Positions 7,826-16,781 of a stretch of DNA of 38,601 bases are shown here, piece by piece. Below the pieces are notes generated by a model. The model saw only the letters and a program-made list of their open reading frames with translations, did no database searches and had not been told where the DNA came from. Position 1 is the first letter of the stretch; every line of letters starts with the position of its first letter. This DNA comes from a virus (Duplodnaviria > Caudoviricetes): positions 1-38,601 of IMG/VR virus record IMGVR_UViG_3300029825_000023; one strand, written 5' to 3'. The position numbers and the translations under genes are program-made.

Positions 7826-7875
7826 ATTATATCATACCTATTTAAAATGTAAACCTTTTTTAAAAATATTTTTAT
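7826..7875 (-). promoter_or_regulatory. Early promoter: A/T-rich UP element, GTTTACA, TGA-TATAAT
   Basis: -35 TTTACA at 7848-7853, 16-nt spacer, extended -10 at 7826-7834; conserved at 5 other sites. Confidence 0.8.
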
Positions 7876-7876
7876 T

Positions 7877-8077
7877 TTATTTTTCTTGGTCCTTGCCAGC
7901 TGCTTTCCCGTCCACATAACTCTCACCCAAAATAAACGCTGTCACCACGCCAGCAATCCAGGCGTAGGCTTCCCGGTCGATAGGTGTTCCGAATCCTTCA
8001 TTCAGGATAATGAACAGTGCACTGAACAGCGCGGATAAGAACTTGCGGCTTTTCAGTCTTTGTAGAAACGGTCTCAT
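7877..8077 (-). CDS. Holin
   Basis: LKSRKF motif, two TM helices, GESYVD, next to endolysin. Confidence 0.75.
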   Translation of the reverse strand: MRPFLQRLKSRKFLSALFSALFIILNEGFGTPIDREAYAWIAGVVTAFILGESYVDGKAAGKDQEK

Positions 8078-8736
8078 TTCTTAAGCACCCCTTCCCGTTC
8101 TAAGATTACCAAGGTTTTCAATGTAGACTCCGGCAGATTGATATTACCTTTTCCATCGCCAGCCAAAGACTTCCTGTCTATCAGTTTTTTAATCAAAGGT
8201 TTGCCCCAATCCGGCACATCTTCAAAAGTTTTATAAACCGCTTCTTCACTTCCTTTCAAGTCACTAAACAACCGCTGCCACGGAAAGCCGGGTCCAGGGC
8301 AGTTAGGACGATTCACGCTGTCAATGCGATAATGGCCGATAATATGGCCCTCATCTATCGGTATGCCATGCTTGGCGATAAGCTGTTTATGTAACCATAA
8401 AGTAGCCTGATACTGCATTTCCGTAAGCCGTTCTCCCGGTAGCGCTTCATGTTCTATGCCTATAGTATACCTGTTAGGATTAGAACCGTCGTATAGAGGC
8501 CAACTAGGCTTGTTTACTACTCCGGCATGCCACGAAGTATCTTCATCCCGTACCATCTGATATATTTTGCCTTGCCGAGTGATAAGATAATGTGCACTTG
8601 CTTTTGCCTGCGGATTCCTCATCCACGACAAGCAGCCAGGAAATGCTCCTGCAGTTATATGGTTAACTATAGCAATTATTTTCTTTCCATTGCGCCCTTT
8701 GCTAAAATTTGGGCTTGCCGCCCATTCAATCTCCAC
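8074..8736 (-). CDS. Endolysin, N-acetylmuramoyl-L-alanine amidase (Amidase_2) with SLH-like C-terminus
   Basis: IVNHIT, ASAHY, SWHAG, IGIEHE, IIGH, CPG; FEDVPDWG. Confidence 0.93.
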   Translation of the reverse strand: MEIEWAASPNFSKGRNGKKIIAIVNHITAGAFPGCLSWMRNPQAKASAHYLITRQGKIYQMVRDEDTSWHAGVVNKPSWPLYDGSNPNRYTIGIEHEALPGERLTEMQYQATLWLHKQLIAKHGIPIDEGHIIGHYRIDSVNRPNCPGPGFPWQRLFSDLKGSEEAVYKTFEDVPDWGKPLIKKLIDRKSLAGDGKGNINLPESTLKTLVILEREGVLKK

Positions 8737-8938
8737 TTTCGTCCCTCCCTTCAAGCTTTACTTTTTCGCGAGTTATTTTCGATAAACTCCAAAGCTCTAC
8801 TGTAGTAAAACTGAACCAAGCTACTATCAACGATGTTGGCTCACTACCTATCCTATAAAATAAAAACAAAATAGCTATAGTAAAAGCAATATTCAAAATC
8901 AATACTAAAGCTACTATTTTCTTGCTAAAATTATTCAT
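8726..8938 (-). CDS. Small two-TM membrane protein (lysis module)
   Basis: Hydrophobic segments; position in lysis module. Confidence 0.65.
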   Translation of the reverse strand: MNNFSKKIVALVLILNIAFTIAILFLFYRIGSEPTSLIVAWFSFTTVELWSLSKITREKVKLEGRDESGD

Positions 8939-9240
8939 ACCTGCACCACCTGCTGCGTTACTCTGCGCATATAATCAGCATATTTTATTTCGACCCTTCT
9001 TGCCCATTCCATAGCATCTTCGACGTCGCCATTGCATTTTTGATTCATTACTGCTTTCGCTGTCACTTTAGACAATTTTAATTCAGCCTGTATCATTTCC
9101 ATCTGAATCAACGCGCCTTCTGCTTTGAAAGCTTCTTGTTTCTCGCTTTTCTTTTGATTCCTTTTCTGGCTAACCCCAATATAACTAACTATTATTGCCG
9201 TTAGCCCCGATATTGTTGCTGATATAATCCCTGCCTCCAT
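8935..9240 (-). CDS. Holin-like membrane-anchored protein
   Basis: N-terminal TM helix; CNGDV motif; GGGGAGG RBS. Confidence 0.55.
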   Translation of the reverse strand: MEAGIISATISGLTAIIVSYIGVSQKRNQKKSEKQEAFKAEGALIQMEMIQAELKLSKVTAKAVMNQKCNGDVEDAMEWARRVEIKYADYMRRVTQQVVQV

Positions 9241-9270
9241 CGCATCTCCTCCCCTCAAATCGGCCATGAA

Positions 9271-9290
9271 AAAGAGCCCTTTGGCTCTTT
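9271..9290 (-). terminator. Rho-independent terminator-like hairpin
   Basis: AAAGAGCC/GGCTCTTT stem followed by a T-run. Confidence 0.55.
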
Positions 9291-9392
9291 AAAATTCTAT
9301 AGGACGCATTTTGTACCTACTGCGTCATAGAAGATTTTTGTGTTACTGCGCTTTTTTAGTCTAATGCGACACATAAGAAACCTTAGACGTCG

Positions 9393-9563
9393 TTATACTA
9401 TTGGTTCTACTGGTGCATTAGGGTCAAATCCTACCTCTAAGAGAACTTCTAAAACTATTACCCTTAAATTGCTAAGTGGTGGACATTGTTCATAAGTATA
9501 AGTCCCCAACAATATCATTGACACCCAAACCTTAACCAGTCCGCTATTTTTAGTAAATGTCAT
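9393..9563 (-). CDS. Small tail-associated protein (CD1375/XkdX-like)
   Basis: LVKVWVSMILLGTYTYEQCPPL; typical position after tail fibre. Confidence 0.55.
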   Translation of the reverse strand: MTFTKNSGLVKVWVSMILLGTYTYEQCPPLSNLRVIVLEVLLEVGFDPNAPVEPIV

Positions 9564-9586
9564 ATCAAACCCCTCCATTTCCAATC

Positions 9587-9838
9587 TTATAAAATAGCCA
9601 GCAGAATAGACAGTTCTGCTATTGACTGCTGCAAGTCAGTAATTTTTTCCTCGGTTGTCTGCGGCTTGTCCGCAAATACGGCCTCATGTGGAGTTACACT
9701 GGTATCTATACTAGACAGAATTTTACCATCCGGCACCTCTACCATCATAAACTGGACACCGCCTTGCGGTTCCCTAACCGTACCTGTAGCCTGAAAAATT
9801 ATAAAACCCGTATTGTCATAAATTACTAAAGCATTCAT
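9587..9838 (-). CDS. Putative tail-fibre assembly protein
   Basis: LVIYDNTG N-terminus, coiled C-terminus, follows fibre gene. Confidence 0.55.
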   Translation of the reverse strand: MNALVIYDNTGFIIFQATGTVREPQGGVQFMMVEVPDGKILSSIDTSVTPHEAVFADKPQTTEEKITDLQQSIAELSILLAIL

Positions 9839-9854
9839 GTATTAAATCTCCTTC

Positions 9855-10808
9855 CTACCATTTTTGATTACAAGCAAAATATTTATCGACCATAACGGCA
9901 TATCCGCTAATATTCCGTATAGTAAAACTGTTACCTGACGTTTCATACACAGAAACACCATGTATTAGGCCGGTGCTATATATTCCTCTCCAAACATTGG
10001 AATAGGTTAAATTAGTAAAGGCTGCACTTCCCCAGTTACCATTAACGTATACCCTTAAAACTATCAGTTTAGGAATAAATGACGTATTAACAGTTACAGT
10101 TGAGTTAGCTTCAGCGCTTATATTTAAATTTGTACCGATTTGGAATATAGCACCATCCTGAGTAGTACCCCCGCTATAATATCCAGCAGGTACACTAACA
10201 CCCAAACCAAGACTAAATGTACCTCTGTTTACCATGGTTCCCGTTATATCTCCTGCATCCGTACTTGCCGTTTTACCAGAGAGAAGGTCGGATGCTACAG
10301 CGTTTCCGCTGCCTCCTTCACCCTGTAATATAAAATTTGTACCGTCATACCTCAAAGTGTATATTCCGCCATTTTTGAGATTGGTAACGTCAGTTCCATT
10401 TGCCTTTTTAATGGTTTTGGCACCCAAGCTATTTACATTTATGGTAGATGCACCTGTGCTATCAACATTGATTTTTACTGCAAGCGCCATACCTGCCACA
10501 TAACTTGTAGGTGCAGGGGTTAGACTTACGGCATATGTGTTAGCCAAGCCTGTTGTGGCACCATAAGGTACTTGTAACGTATAATCGGCCAGATGCGCAT
10601 CAAATTCAGCTTTTGTTGCTTGTGCATTCCAAGCGGTACGCTCCTCAGAGGTTATATGGATCGTTGTGTTTTCTCCGTGCGTCTTTACCGCAGTATCAAG
10701 CTCCTCTGTTTTATTCTCATTTCGGTTGAGGTTCTGTGCGCTGATGCCGGGAGCCTGGCCGTTAACGTATGTCGTTTTTTCGTAGTCACCCAAAGCCACA
10801 TCAATCAC
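9855..10808 (-). CDS. Tail fibre / receptor-binding protein
   Basis: HIT.EER..WN, AHLADY, TLRYDGTNFILQGEGG, DLLSGKTAS motifs typical of Firmicutes phage fibres. Confidence 0.8.
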   Translation of the reverse strand: MIDVALGDYEKTTYVNGQAPGISAQNLNRNENKTEELDTAVKTHGENTTIHITSEERTAWNAQATKAEFDAHLADYTLQVPYGATTGLANTYAVSLTPAPTSYVAGMALAVKINVDSTGASTINVNSLGAKTIKKANGTDVTNLKNGGIYTLRYDGTNFILQGEGGSGNAVASDLLSGKTASTDAGDITGTMVNRGTFSLGLGVSVPAGYYSGGTTQDGAIFQIGTNLNISAEANSTVTVNTSFIPKLIVLRVYVNGNWGSAAFTNLTYSNVWRGIYSTGLIHGVSVYETSGNSFTIRNISGYAVMVDKYFACNQKW

Positions 10809-11312
10809 CTACGCTCTCTGCATGGTATCAGCACGCCGGATAGTCCAGGACTCAGTACTGGATTTCTGTCGGCTGTAGAGTACCCTTGCTATCATAATGC
10901 CTGTGTCTTTTGTGGTAGAAGCATTTACCCCAGCAAACCAGCCTATTTCCTCGCACTTAAAGGAATTAGCTTCAGTATCAGCGATGTATAACTCTGTGTA
11001 GAGTTTACCAGCTGTCGCAGGGTCTACATTCTGGCTGGTAACTGCTTTCCTAAATTGTTCAGCCACCAAAGTGCTCTGGTCATTCGCCGGGGCAGTAGAA
11101 TCATTTCCCAGAGCTACATATTTTATCTTACCGTCTGTTACATCGCCTTTAAGAATATCCCGGAACATATCCAACCCGTCATCCATTATAAGATTGGGTC
11201 GAATCTGGTCCCTCCAGAGCTCTTTGCCTGTTTCTTTATCGTGTGCGATTATTTCCCACTGTCCCATCCAGTTAGTTTTTGTTCTGACTTTTACTGTTGT
11301 TTTGTCATTCAT
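10809..11312 (-). CDS. Tail/baseplate structural protein
   Basis: NLIMDDG...YVALGN...EIGWF...MIAR pattern. Confidence 0.65.
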   Translation of the reverse strand: MNDKTTVKVRTKTNWMGQWEIIAHDKETGKELWRDQIRPNLIMDDGLDMFRDILKGDVTDGKIKYVALGNDSTAPANDQSTLVAEQFRKAVTSQNVDPATAGKLYTELYIADTEANSFKCEEIGWFAGVNASTTKDTGIMIARVLYSRQKSSTESWTIRRADTMQRA

Positions 11313-11324
11313 CGCTTATCCTCC

Positions 11325-12383
11325 TTACATCGGATATAGGTCATCTGCCGGGTACAAATCCTCAGCAGGCAACAAGCTATATTGACTCACTGCAAGCGCC
11401 TCAGCCCAAGCAGTTTCCTCACTCATTTCCACCGGAGGGATGGCCGCTATGGTTTCCCGCCAGATTACTTCTTCATCGGTAGCTACCGGGGTAACTCTAC
11501 CGGTCTGCTCTTGCCACTGCCACCATCCGGCTACCTGTATCGGTGGTGGTACTTCAGCCACTTCAGCCCATGCCCAAGTTTCTTCTCGGGCTATATAGTA
11601 TTCCACTGGCCCTTCATCGTCTTTGAGAGCCGCTTTTTCAAGCGCAAATAACCGCTGTGATAGGTCTTTGAGAATACTACTTACGTTTCTGTCCGGGCTC
11701 TCCAACTGGAGTCTGATGTCCACCCTAGATTCACCTGGAACGCTGTCGTAGGTTACTTCTTTTATTTCCAGGTAACAATCTATGTTCAAATCAGGTATCT
11801 GTGTCAGGATGTACTCTCCAGGCTTATAGACACCGGAAAAGGGTTCTATACTGCCTGATATGACCGGCTGGCTATATTTGAATAGATGTCTGAGGCCCAG
11901 CTCTAAAGCTAAGTCCTTATCGTTAGTATCCACCCTGAGAATATCCTCGAAAGCACCATATTGTTCTTTGCTAATTGGTTCCTCCAATAAAATCTTAATC
12001 GGGTACTCGTATTTATATGTGATGGTTCCAGTTCCGGAAGTACACAAGTCAGGAATAAGTAGCTTTTCTGATGCATTCAGAAGAAAATCATTTGCCCCCG
12101 CTTCATCAATATGTTGGATACCCAGAGTTTTTACACTTCCACCGATAGTTACGGTCACCGGGTTACGAGGGCTGTAGTCCAGCTGTATAGCATCGGTTCC
12201 CACGGTGATATTCTGAGTATATAGGTCGCTTGTAGCTTTCCCGCCCTTTACCCAGAGCCGATTAACCAAGCTCCCGGAATTGGGGGTAAGCTTTGCAGAT
12301 CCTTTTTTGTATGCCCCTGGTTGCAGTGTATACTTTGATATCCGGCTACCTGCCGGGAAAAAATGTACTGATACAATACTCAA
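11325..12383 (-). CDS. Tail tip/baseplate protein, C-terminal part
   Basis: VNRLWVKG, SKEQYG..E; C-terminal W-x-E repeats and LYP motifs. Confidence 0.7.
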   Translation of the reverse strand: MSIVSVHFFPAGSRISKYTLQPGAYKKGSAKLTPNSGSLVNRLWVKGGKATSDLYTQNITVGTDAIQLDYSPRNPVTVTIGGSVKTLGIQHIDEAGANDFLLNASEKLLIPDLCTSGTGTITYKYEYPIKILLEEPISKEQYGAFEDILRVDTNDKDLALELGLRHLFKYSQPVISGSIEPFSGVYKPGEYILTQIPDLNIDCYLEIKEVTYDSVPGESRVDIRLQLESPDRNVSSILKDLSQRLFALEKAALKDDEGPVEYYIAREETWAWAEVAEVPPPIQVAGWWQWQEQTGRVTPVATDEEVIWRETIAAIPPVEMSEETAWAEALAVSQYSLLPAEDLYPADDLYPM

Positions 12384-12395
12384 TTCCGCACCCCC

Positions 12396-13073
12396 TTACC
12401 CCGGATAGAGGTCTTCAGCCGGGTATAATGTCTCTGATGGCCTGGGAGGGTAGAATACCCTATGCTGAACCGTTTCCTCCCAGTCCAAGGCTTCATCAGT
12501 GGCCAGAGCTGGTGGCACCAGTTCAACCAGCTCAGTCCATCCCGAACTTTCAGTATCTGGAGTAATCTCTTCCGGCAATGGTTCAAAAATCACCCACTCA
12601 TATCCCGAGAGTTCACAAAGTTGTTCCATGCAGTCAAAGAGAAATTCATCCTTGAACTTGATGCTAATAGTCTTATCGCAAGCTACAATCGAATCTCGAT
12701 TCATGGTCGGCATATACTTTGTAAACAAGTCAATTACAATATCAGATATTTTCTCATTCTCATAACTTTCAGCCACCACTATTTTCTGAGTCCGGCCAGT
12801 ATAACACATGCCCTCAAGTTGGACCATTTTTACTGGGCCATCTACTCTTTTAGCCGGGGTTAGTACCCAGCCTTTGAAGATATGGTCATCTTGCCGAATC
12901 CAGACATCAGAGCCAACTGGAAAGGCATCGACCAAATCACCAGTCAAATCTGGAATTTCCAAAGTAAAAGACCCTGACCGATTTGTTGCCGACAGGGACA
13001 CTGTGCATCTGCTATAGACTTTAACTTCCTGCTCTAAGCCACCTGGGGGAGTGATTTTTATTCTTGTACCCAT
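12396..13073 (-). CDS. Tail tip/baseplate hub protein, N-terminal part
   Basis: Follows the tape measure gene; F.GWV, ISDIV.DL, LCELSGYEW. Confidence 0.7.
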   Translation of the reverse strand: MGTRIKITPPGGLEQEVKVYSRCTVSLSATNRSGSFTLEIPDLTGDLVDAFPVGSDVWIRQDDHIFKGWVLTPAKRVDGPVKMVQLEGMCYTGRTQKIVVAESYENEKISDIVIDLFTKYMPTMNRDSIVACDKTISIKFKDEFLFDCMEQLCELSGYEWVIFEPLPEEITPDTESSGWTELVELVPPALATDEALDWEETVQHRVFYPPRPSETLYPAEDLYPG

Positions 13074-16000
13074 TACCAAGCACCCCCAGTGGCTAACCCA
13101 AAATCTTTGCTGATTTGCTTTGATACAGTTTTTGCAAAGTCCTCCATACCATTCCGGCCAACGATTGTCCCTTTATTTATCACCGATAAGTTGATTTGTC
13201 GGTTTGTTGTGACGTTGCTGCCACCGCTTAGAGCTTCTACTGCGCCCAGCAAAGCCTCAGTCATCATCGGTTGTAACCTCGGCAGGGGGAGGATGGCCTC
13301 GTCATCTCCGGCTTCAGCAATCATGCCTATAGTGGGCCGTGTTACGATTCCCCCTGCGGCAAATTGCTTGAGATATACTTTTCCATCACGAATCTCGGCA
13401 TTCTCTTCCCCGTAATGGTTGATAATTTCCTCTAGAGACGGCTGCTTGACGCTACTGTCAGGATTGTACCCACTTGCAGCCAAAGCTCCCGTATCAGTCC
13501 AGTATGTCGCAGCAAGCTGCTTCCCATTGTTAAAATCCTGAATACTAAATATCCCCATAACCTGCAACGGGTAATCGTGCAAATACTTTTGATTGTTTTT
13601 TTGGTTATACGCATAATTTGCGCCTTTTTCTAAACCTGCGCGCTCCGCATCAGCTCCGCTGCCATGGGGTACATTTATTGTTGGCTCCGGAGAACTTCCC
13701 CCGCCACTTGATGACGGGGTATCATCATAAGTAGGAGCTGTTTGACTTGGTGTCGGTGATAGTTGCTGAATCGGCGCCGGAATAATAGGTGTTTCAAGGG
13801 TTGCTTTCATGGATGTAAAACTTGATATAATAGTGTTAATCTGTCCTTGCACACCGGTTACTATGTTGCCCATTGCTGTTGTAACTTCGTTTGATTTGGT
13901 AGCTATACCGTTAGCTAATCCCTGAGAAATGTTTTGCCCGTATTCAGCCATTACAGCAGAGGGGGAATGTATTCCGAAGGCATTTTTAACTTTATTTTTT
14001 ACTGATTCGGCCACATCCCTCATAGCGTTTACCGCAGTTTGTATTTTATTTTTGATACCGTCGGCCATGCCCTGGACAATATTATGGCCCCAGGTAACGG
14101 CATCGGTTTTTAAGTCTTTCCAAATTTGGATAGTCTTATCTTTCCAAGTATTCCAAAGGCCTTGAACTGCAGCCCAGGGGTTCCACGTCCCTAACCATGA
14201 TGTGAAAGTATTCCACCATGTGTCCGTGTCAGTTTTGAGATTATTCCAAACCCCAAGTATATTGGTCTTAAAATTATCCCAAATCTGCTTTACAAAAGAC
14301 CATGGATTCCACGTCCCTAACCATGTGGTAAAAGTTGACCACCAAGTATTAGTTTCTGTTTTGAGGTTATTCAAGACTTCAATAATCTTAGTCTTAAATT
14401 CATTCCACTTATTTTGTACGAAGTTCCAGGGATTCCAGGTGCCCATCCAATCTGTGAGCTTTTTCCACCATTCTTCGAAAAAGGCTTTTATGCTGTCCCA
14501 TACTTCGATAGTCTTTACTTTTATTTCGTCCCAATTTTTATAGATGGCTCCAGCAACTAGCCCCATGGGTCCAGCAATTGCGCCCAGGAGAAGTGGCCAC
14601 CATTCAACCAGGAAGCTTTTTAAGTCGTCCCATAGCGTTGTCCAGGTCAAAGCTATCTGCTCTCCCCAGCCCTTAAACATGGTCCCTATAGCGGCCCAGC
14701 CTTCTGTCCAGCCTTTTTTGAGCGCCTCCATGCCCTCGGACCAACCGGTTTTTAAGTCCACCCAGAGCTTCGCGCCAAAGGCTTTTATTTCGTCCCAGTT
14801 TTTATATACTGCTACGCCTGCTACTACTAATGCCGCCAAAGCAGCTATAGCTATCCCAATTGGACCGGTCAAAACGGTTATAGCCGCCCCTAAAACAGGA
14901 AATCCTGCAGAAAGCCCCGCCATAACAGTGGCTCCGCCAGTCATTGCCGCAGACATAGCTCCCAAACCCGTTATTAAAGTTCCAATCGCAGAAATTAAAG
15001 GGCCAAAAACTAGCAGCAAGGGGCCGATGGCCGCCGCTAAAGCCGCGATAGCCAAAATTACCTTTTGCGTAGAAGGAGACATGTCGCCAAACGCTTTTAC
15101 CATCTCTTTTAATTTTGCAACAAGCGGCGTTATGATTGGTGTCAACATCTGCCCCAGGTCGGCGGCAACATTTTTTAGCTCGGTTTGTAGTCCTCGCAAG
15201 GTTCCAGATGCTCCTTCGGCTTCTCTAGCCGCTTGTCCCTGTGCTGCTCCTGTCTGCTCCATTATGAGTGCAAGTGTTGCGGCTTGCTTTGTTGCTAGGT
15301 CCATCTGCCCCGTACCATCATATAGTCCCATTTCTAGTGCCTTTGTCTTAATAGTAGCATCGTTAACGCCCATGCCATAGTTGTCCAGCATGGAGTTGTT
15401 CCCCTTGAGCGCCCCGGTGAGGGCTTGTACTGCGCTTTCCGTGGTACCGCCAAACATAGCTGTTAGGTCACCGGCCAACTCAATCAGAGCCTGGGCTTGC
15501 TTGGATGCCTCCTTCTCGGACAACCCGCCAATATTTTGGAGCATTGAGCCCATCATGTTGGCGTATTCCAGGGCTTCACCTTCCGCTATTCCGTAATAGC
15601 TTTCAAGACCATCAGCCCACTTTTTTGTGCTGCCAGAAGCCTTGCCAAAAATCTGATCTGATGCGCCCATAGCGTCTTCCAGATCCGCCGCAAATTTGAA
15701 TGCTGCTGCTCCTGCGGCAACGATTGGAGCTGTAACCTTCATTGACAGGTCTTTGCCGATGCCAGTCATTTTTTGACCGACGCCCTGTATTTTTTGCCCG
15801 AGCTGCTCAGCAGTCATGCCGGTGCTTTTCAGTTGTGTCTCAAACTTTTTTAGCTCCTGCTCAGCTTTGGTAACCTCGCGCTGGAAGGCCCGGTATTGTT
15901 CCTCGCTTATTTCACCATTCTTAAATTGCTCGTTGACCTGTTGCTGAGCAGTTTTAAGGCGGTCAAGTTTTTCCTTTGAGTTAGCAACCGCCTCGGCCAA

Positions 16001-16180
16001 GAGCTTCTGCTTCTGCGCGAGCAACTCTGTATTGCCGGGATCTAGCTTGAGAAGTTTCTCAACTTGCTTTAGTTCTGAAGAGACGTCTTTTGTTTTCTTA
16101 TTTACATCCTCCAGGGCTTTGTTTAGCTTTTGGGTATCACCCGCAATTTCAATTGTTATGCCTTTTATATTTCCGGCCAT
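13073..16180 (-). CDS. Tail tape measure protein
   Basis: MAGNIKGITIEI.GDT..L..AL; Trp-periodic repeats; FGIHSPS; FAAGGIVTRPT...EAG.EAILPL. Confidence 0.95.
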   Translation of the reverse strand: MAGNIKGITIEIAGDTQKLNKALEDVNKKTKDVSSELKQVEKLLKLDPGNTELLAQKQKLLAEAVANSKEKLDRLKTAQQQVNEQFKNGEISEEQYRAFQREVTKAEQELKKFETQLKSTGMTAEQLGQKIQGVGQKMTGIGKDLSMKVTAPIVAAGAAAFKFAADLEDAMGASDQIFGKASGSTKKWADGLESYYGIAEGEALEYANMMGSMLQNIGGLSEKEASKQAQALIELAGDLTAMFGGTTESAVQALTGALKGNNSMLDNYGMGVNDATIKTKALEMGLYDGTGQMDLATKQAATLALIMEQTGAAQGQAAREAEGASGTLRGLQTELKNVAADLGQMLTPIITPLVAKLKEMVKAFGDMSPSTQKVILAIAALAAAIGPLLLVFGPLISAIGTLITGLGAMSAAMTGGATVMAGLSAGFPVLGAAITVLTGPIGIAIAALAALVVAGVAVYKNWDEIKAFGAKLWVDLKTGWSEGMEALKKGWTEGWAAIGTMFKGWGEQIALTWTTLWDDLKSFLVEWWPLLLGAIAGPMGLVAGAIYKNWDEIKVKTIEVWDSIKAFFEEWWKKLTDWMGTWNPWNFVQNKWNEFKTKIIEVLNNLKTETNTWWSTFTTWLGTWNPWSFVKQIWDNFKTNILGVWNNLKTDTDTWWNTFTSWLGTWNPWAAVQGLWNTWKDKTIQIWKDLKTDAVTWGHNIVQGMADGIKNKIQTAVNAMRDVAESVKNKVKNAFGIHSPSAVMAEYGQNISQGLANGIATKSNEVTTAMGNIVTGVQGQINTIISSFTSMKATLETPIIPAPIQQLSPTPSQTAPTYDDTPSSSGGGSSPEPTINVPHGSGADAERAGLEKGANYAYNQKNNQKYLHDYPLQVMGIFSIQDFNNGKQLAATYWTDTGALAASGYNPDSSVKQPSLEEIINHYGEENAEIRDGKVYLKQFAAGGIVTRPTIGMIAEAGDDEAILPLPRLQPMMTEALLGAVEALSGGSNVTTNRQINLSVINKGTIVGRNGMEDFAKTVSKQISKDFGLATGGAW

Positions 16181-16217
16181 TTATTTTTTCACCACCTTTT
16201 GCCTTAAGCCCGGTTTT

Positions 16218-16442
16218 TTATAAGTCAACTTGGTCGATATAGCCCTTTTTGACCCGCCCGGGTTCTCCTTCCCCATCTACAAGGTTGGCCACAATCAACA
16301 GGTCAAAAGCATCTTCCAGATTTTCATTATCGATTTCAAACATCAGCTTGTTAAATGCCCGACAAAAAGACATGCAAAAGTAAATAACCCGTTGGTACTC
16401 CGACAAGTGGTTTAGGTCCTTGCCGGAGTTCCCCCGTTTGGG
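16218..16442 (-). CDS. Tail assembly chaperone extension (gpT), reached by -1 frameshift
   Basis: Open -1 frame from slippery C-CCA-AAC at 16442-16436. Confidence 0.7.
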   Translation of the reverse strand, partial: PKRGNSGKDLNHLSEYQRVIYFCMSFCRAFNKLMFEIDNENLEDAFDLLIVANLVDGEGEPGRVKKGYIDQVDL

Positions 16443-16729
16443 ATTTGTCCCATTTTTATGGCGGAAATCTGGTTAACCCATTCTCCCAGGTAAGTAAATA
16501 TTTCTACCAGTTCCTCAAAGTCCAAATTATCCTCAATTGCTTCCGGGGTTACATCGGGATGCGCGAAAGCTATTACTACCAGGTTGGTCATTTCGTCAAG
16601 CATCTGTTCACCGTCAAGCTCGCCTCTTTGCTGCTGCTCCGTGAACTTTATCAGCTGCCGCCAGAGTTTTATTTTAGGCTTGGGCATAGTGATTTTTTTG
16701 TTGTTTACCACTATTTGTGGTGCATTCAT
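16412..16729 (-). CDS. Tail assembly chaperone (gpG-like)
   Basis: Position between major tail and tape measure genes; AGGAGGAG RBS. Confidence 0.8.
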   Translation of the reverse strand: MNAPQIVVNNKKITMPKPKIKLWRQLIKFTEQQQRGELDGEQMLDEMTNLVVIAFAHPDVTPEAIEDNLDFEELVEIFTYLGEWVNQISAIKMGQIPNGGTPART

Positions 16730-16758
16730 AGGTATTCTCCTCCTATTTTAAAGTATGA

Positions 16759-16776
16759 GGCGGCACTCAGGCCGCC
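16759..16776 (-). terminator. Hairpin after the major tail gene
   Basis: GGCGGC/GCCGCC stem. Confidence 0.4.
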
Positions 16777-16781
16777 CGGGA

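Noticed and set aside
9855-10808. Diversity-generating retroelement or shufflon acting on the tail fibre
   Set aside because: No reverse transcriptase, recombinase or second template copy found
14160-14460. Repeated WLGTWNPW-type segments
   Set aside because: Ordinary internal tape-measure repeats
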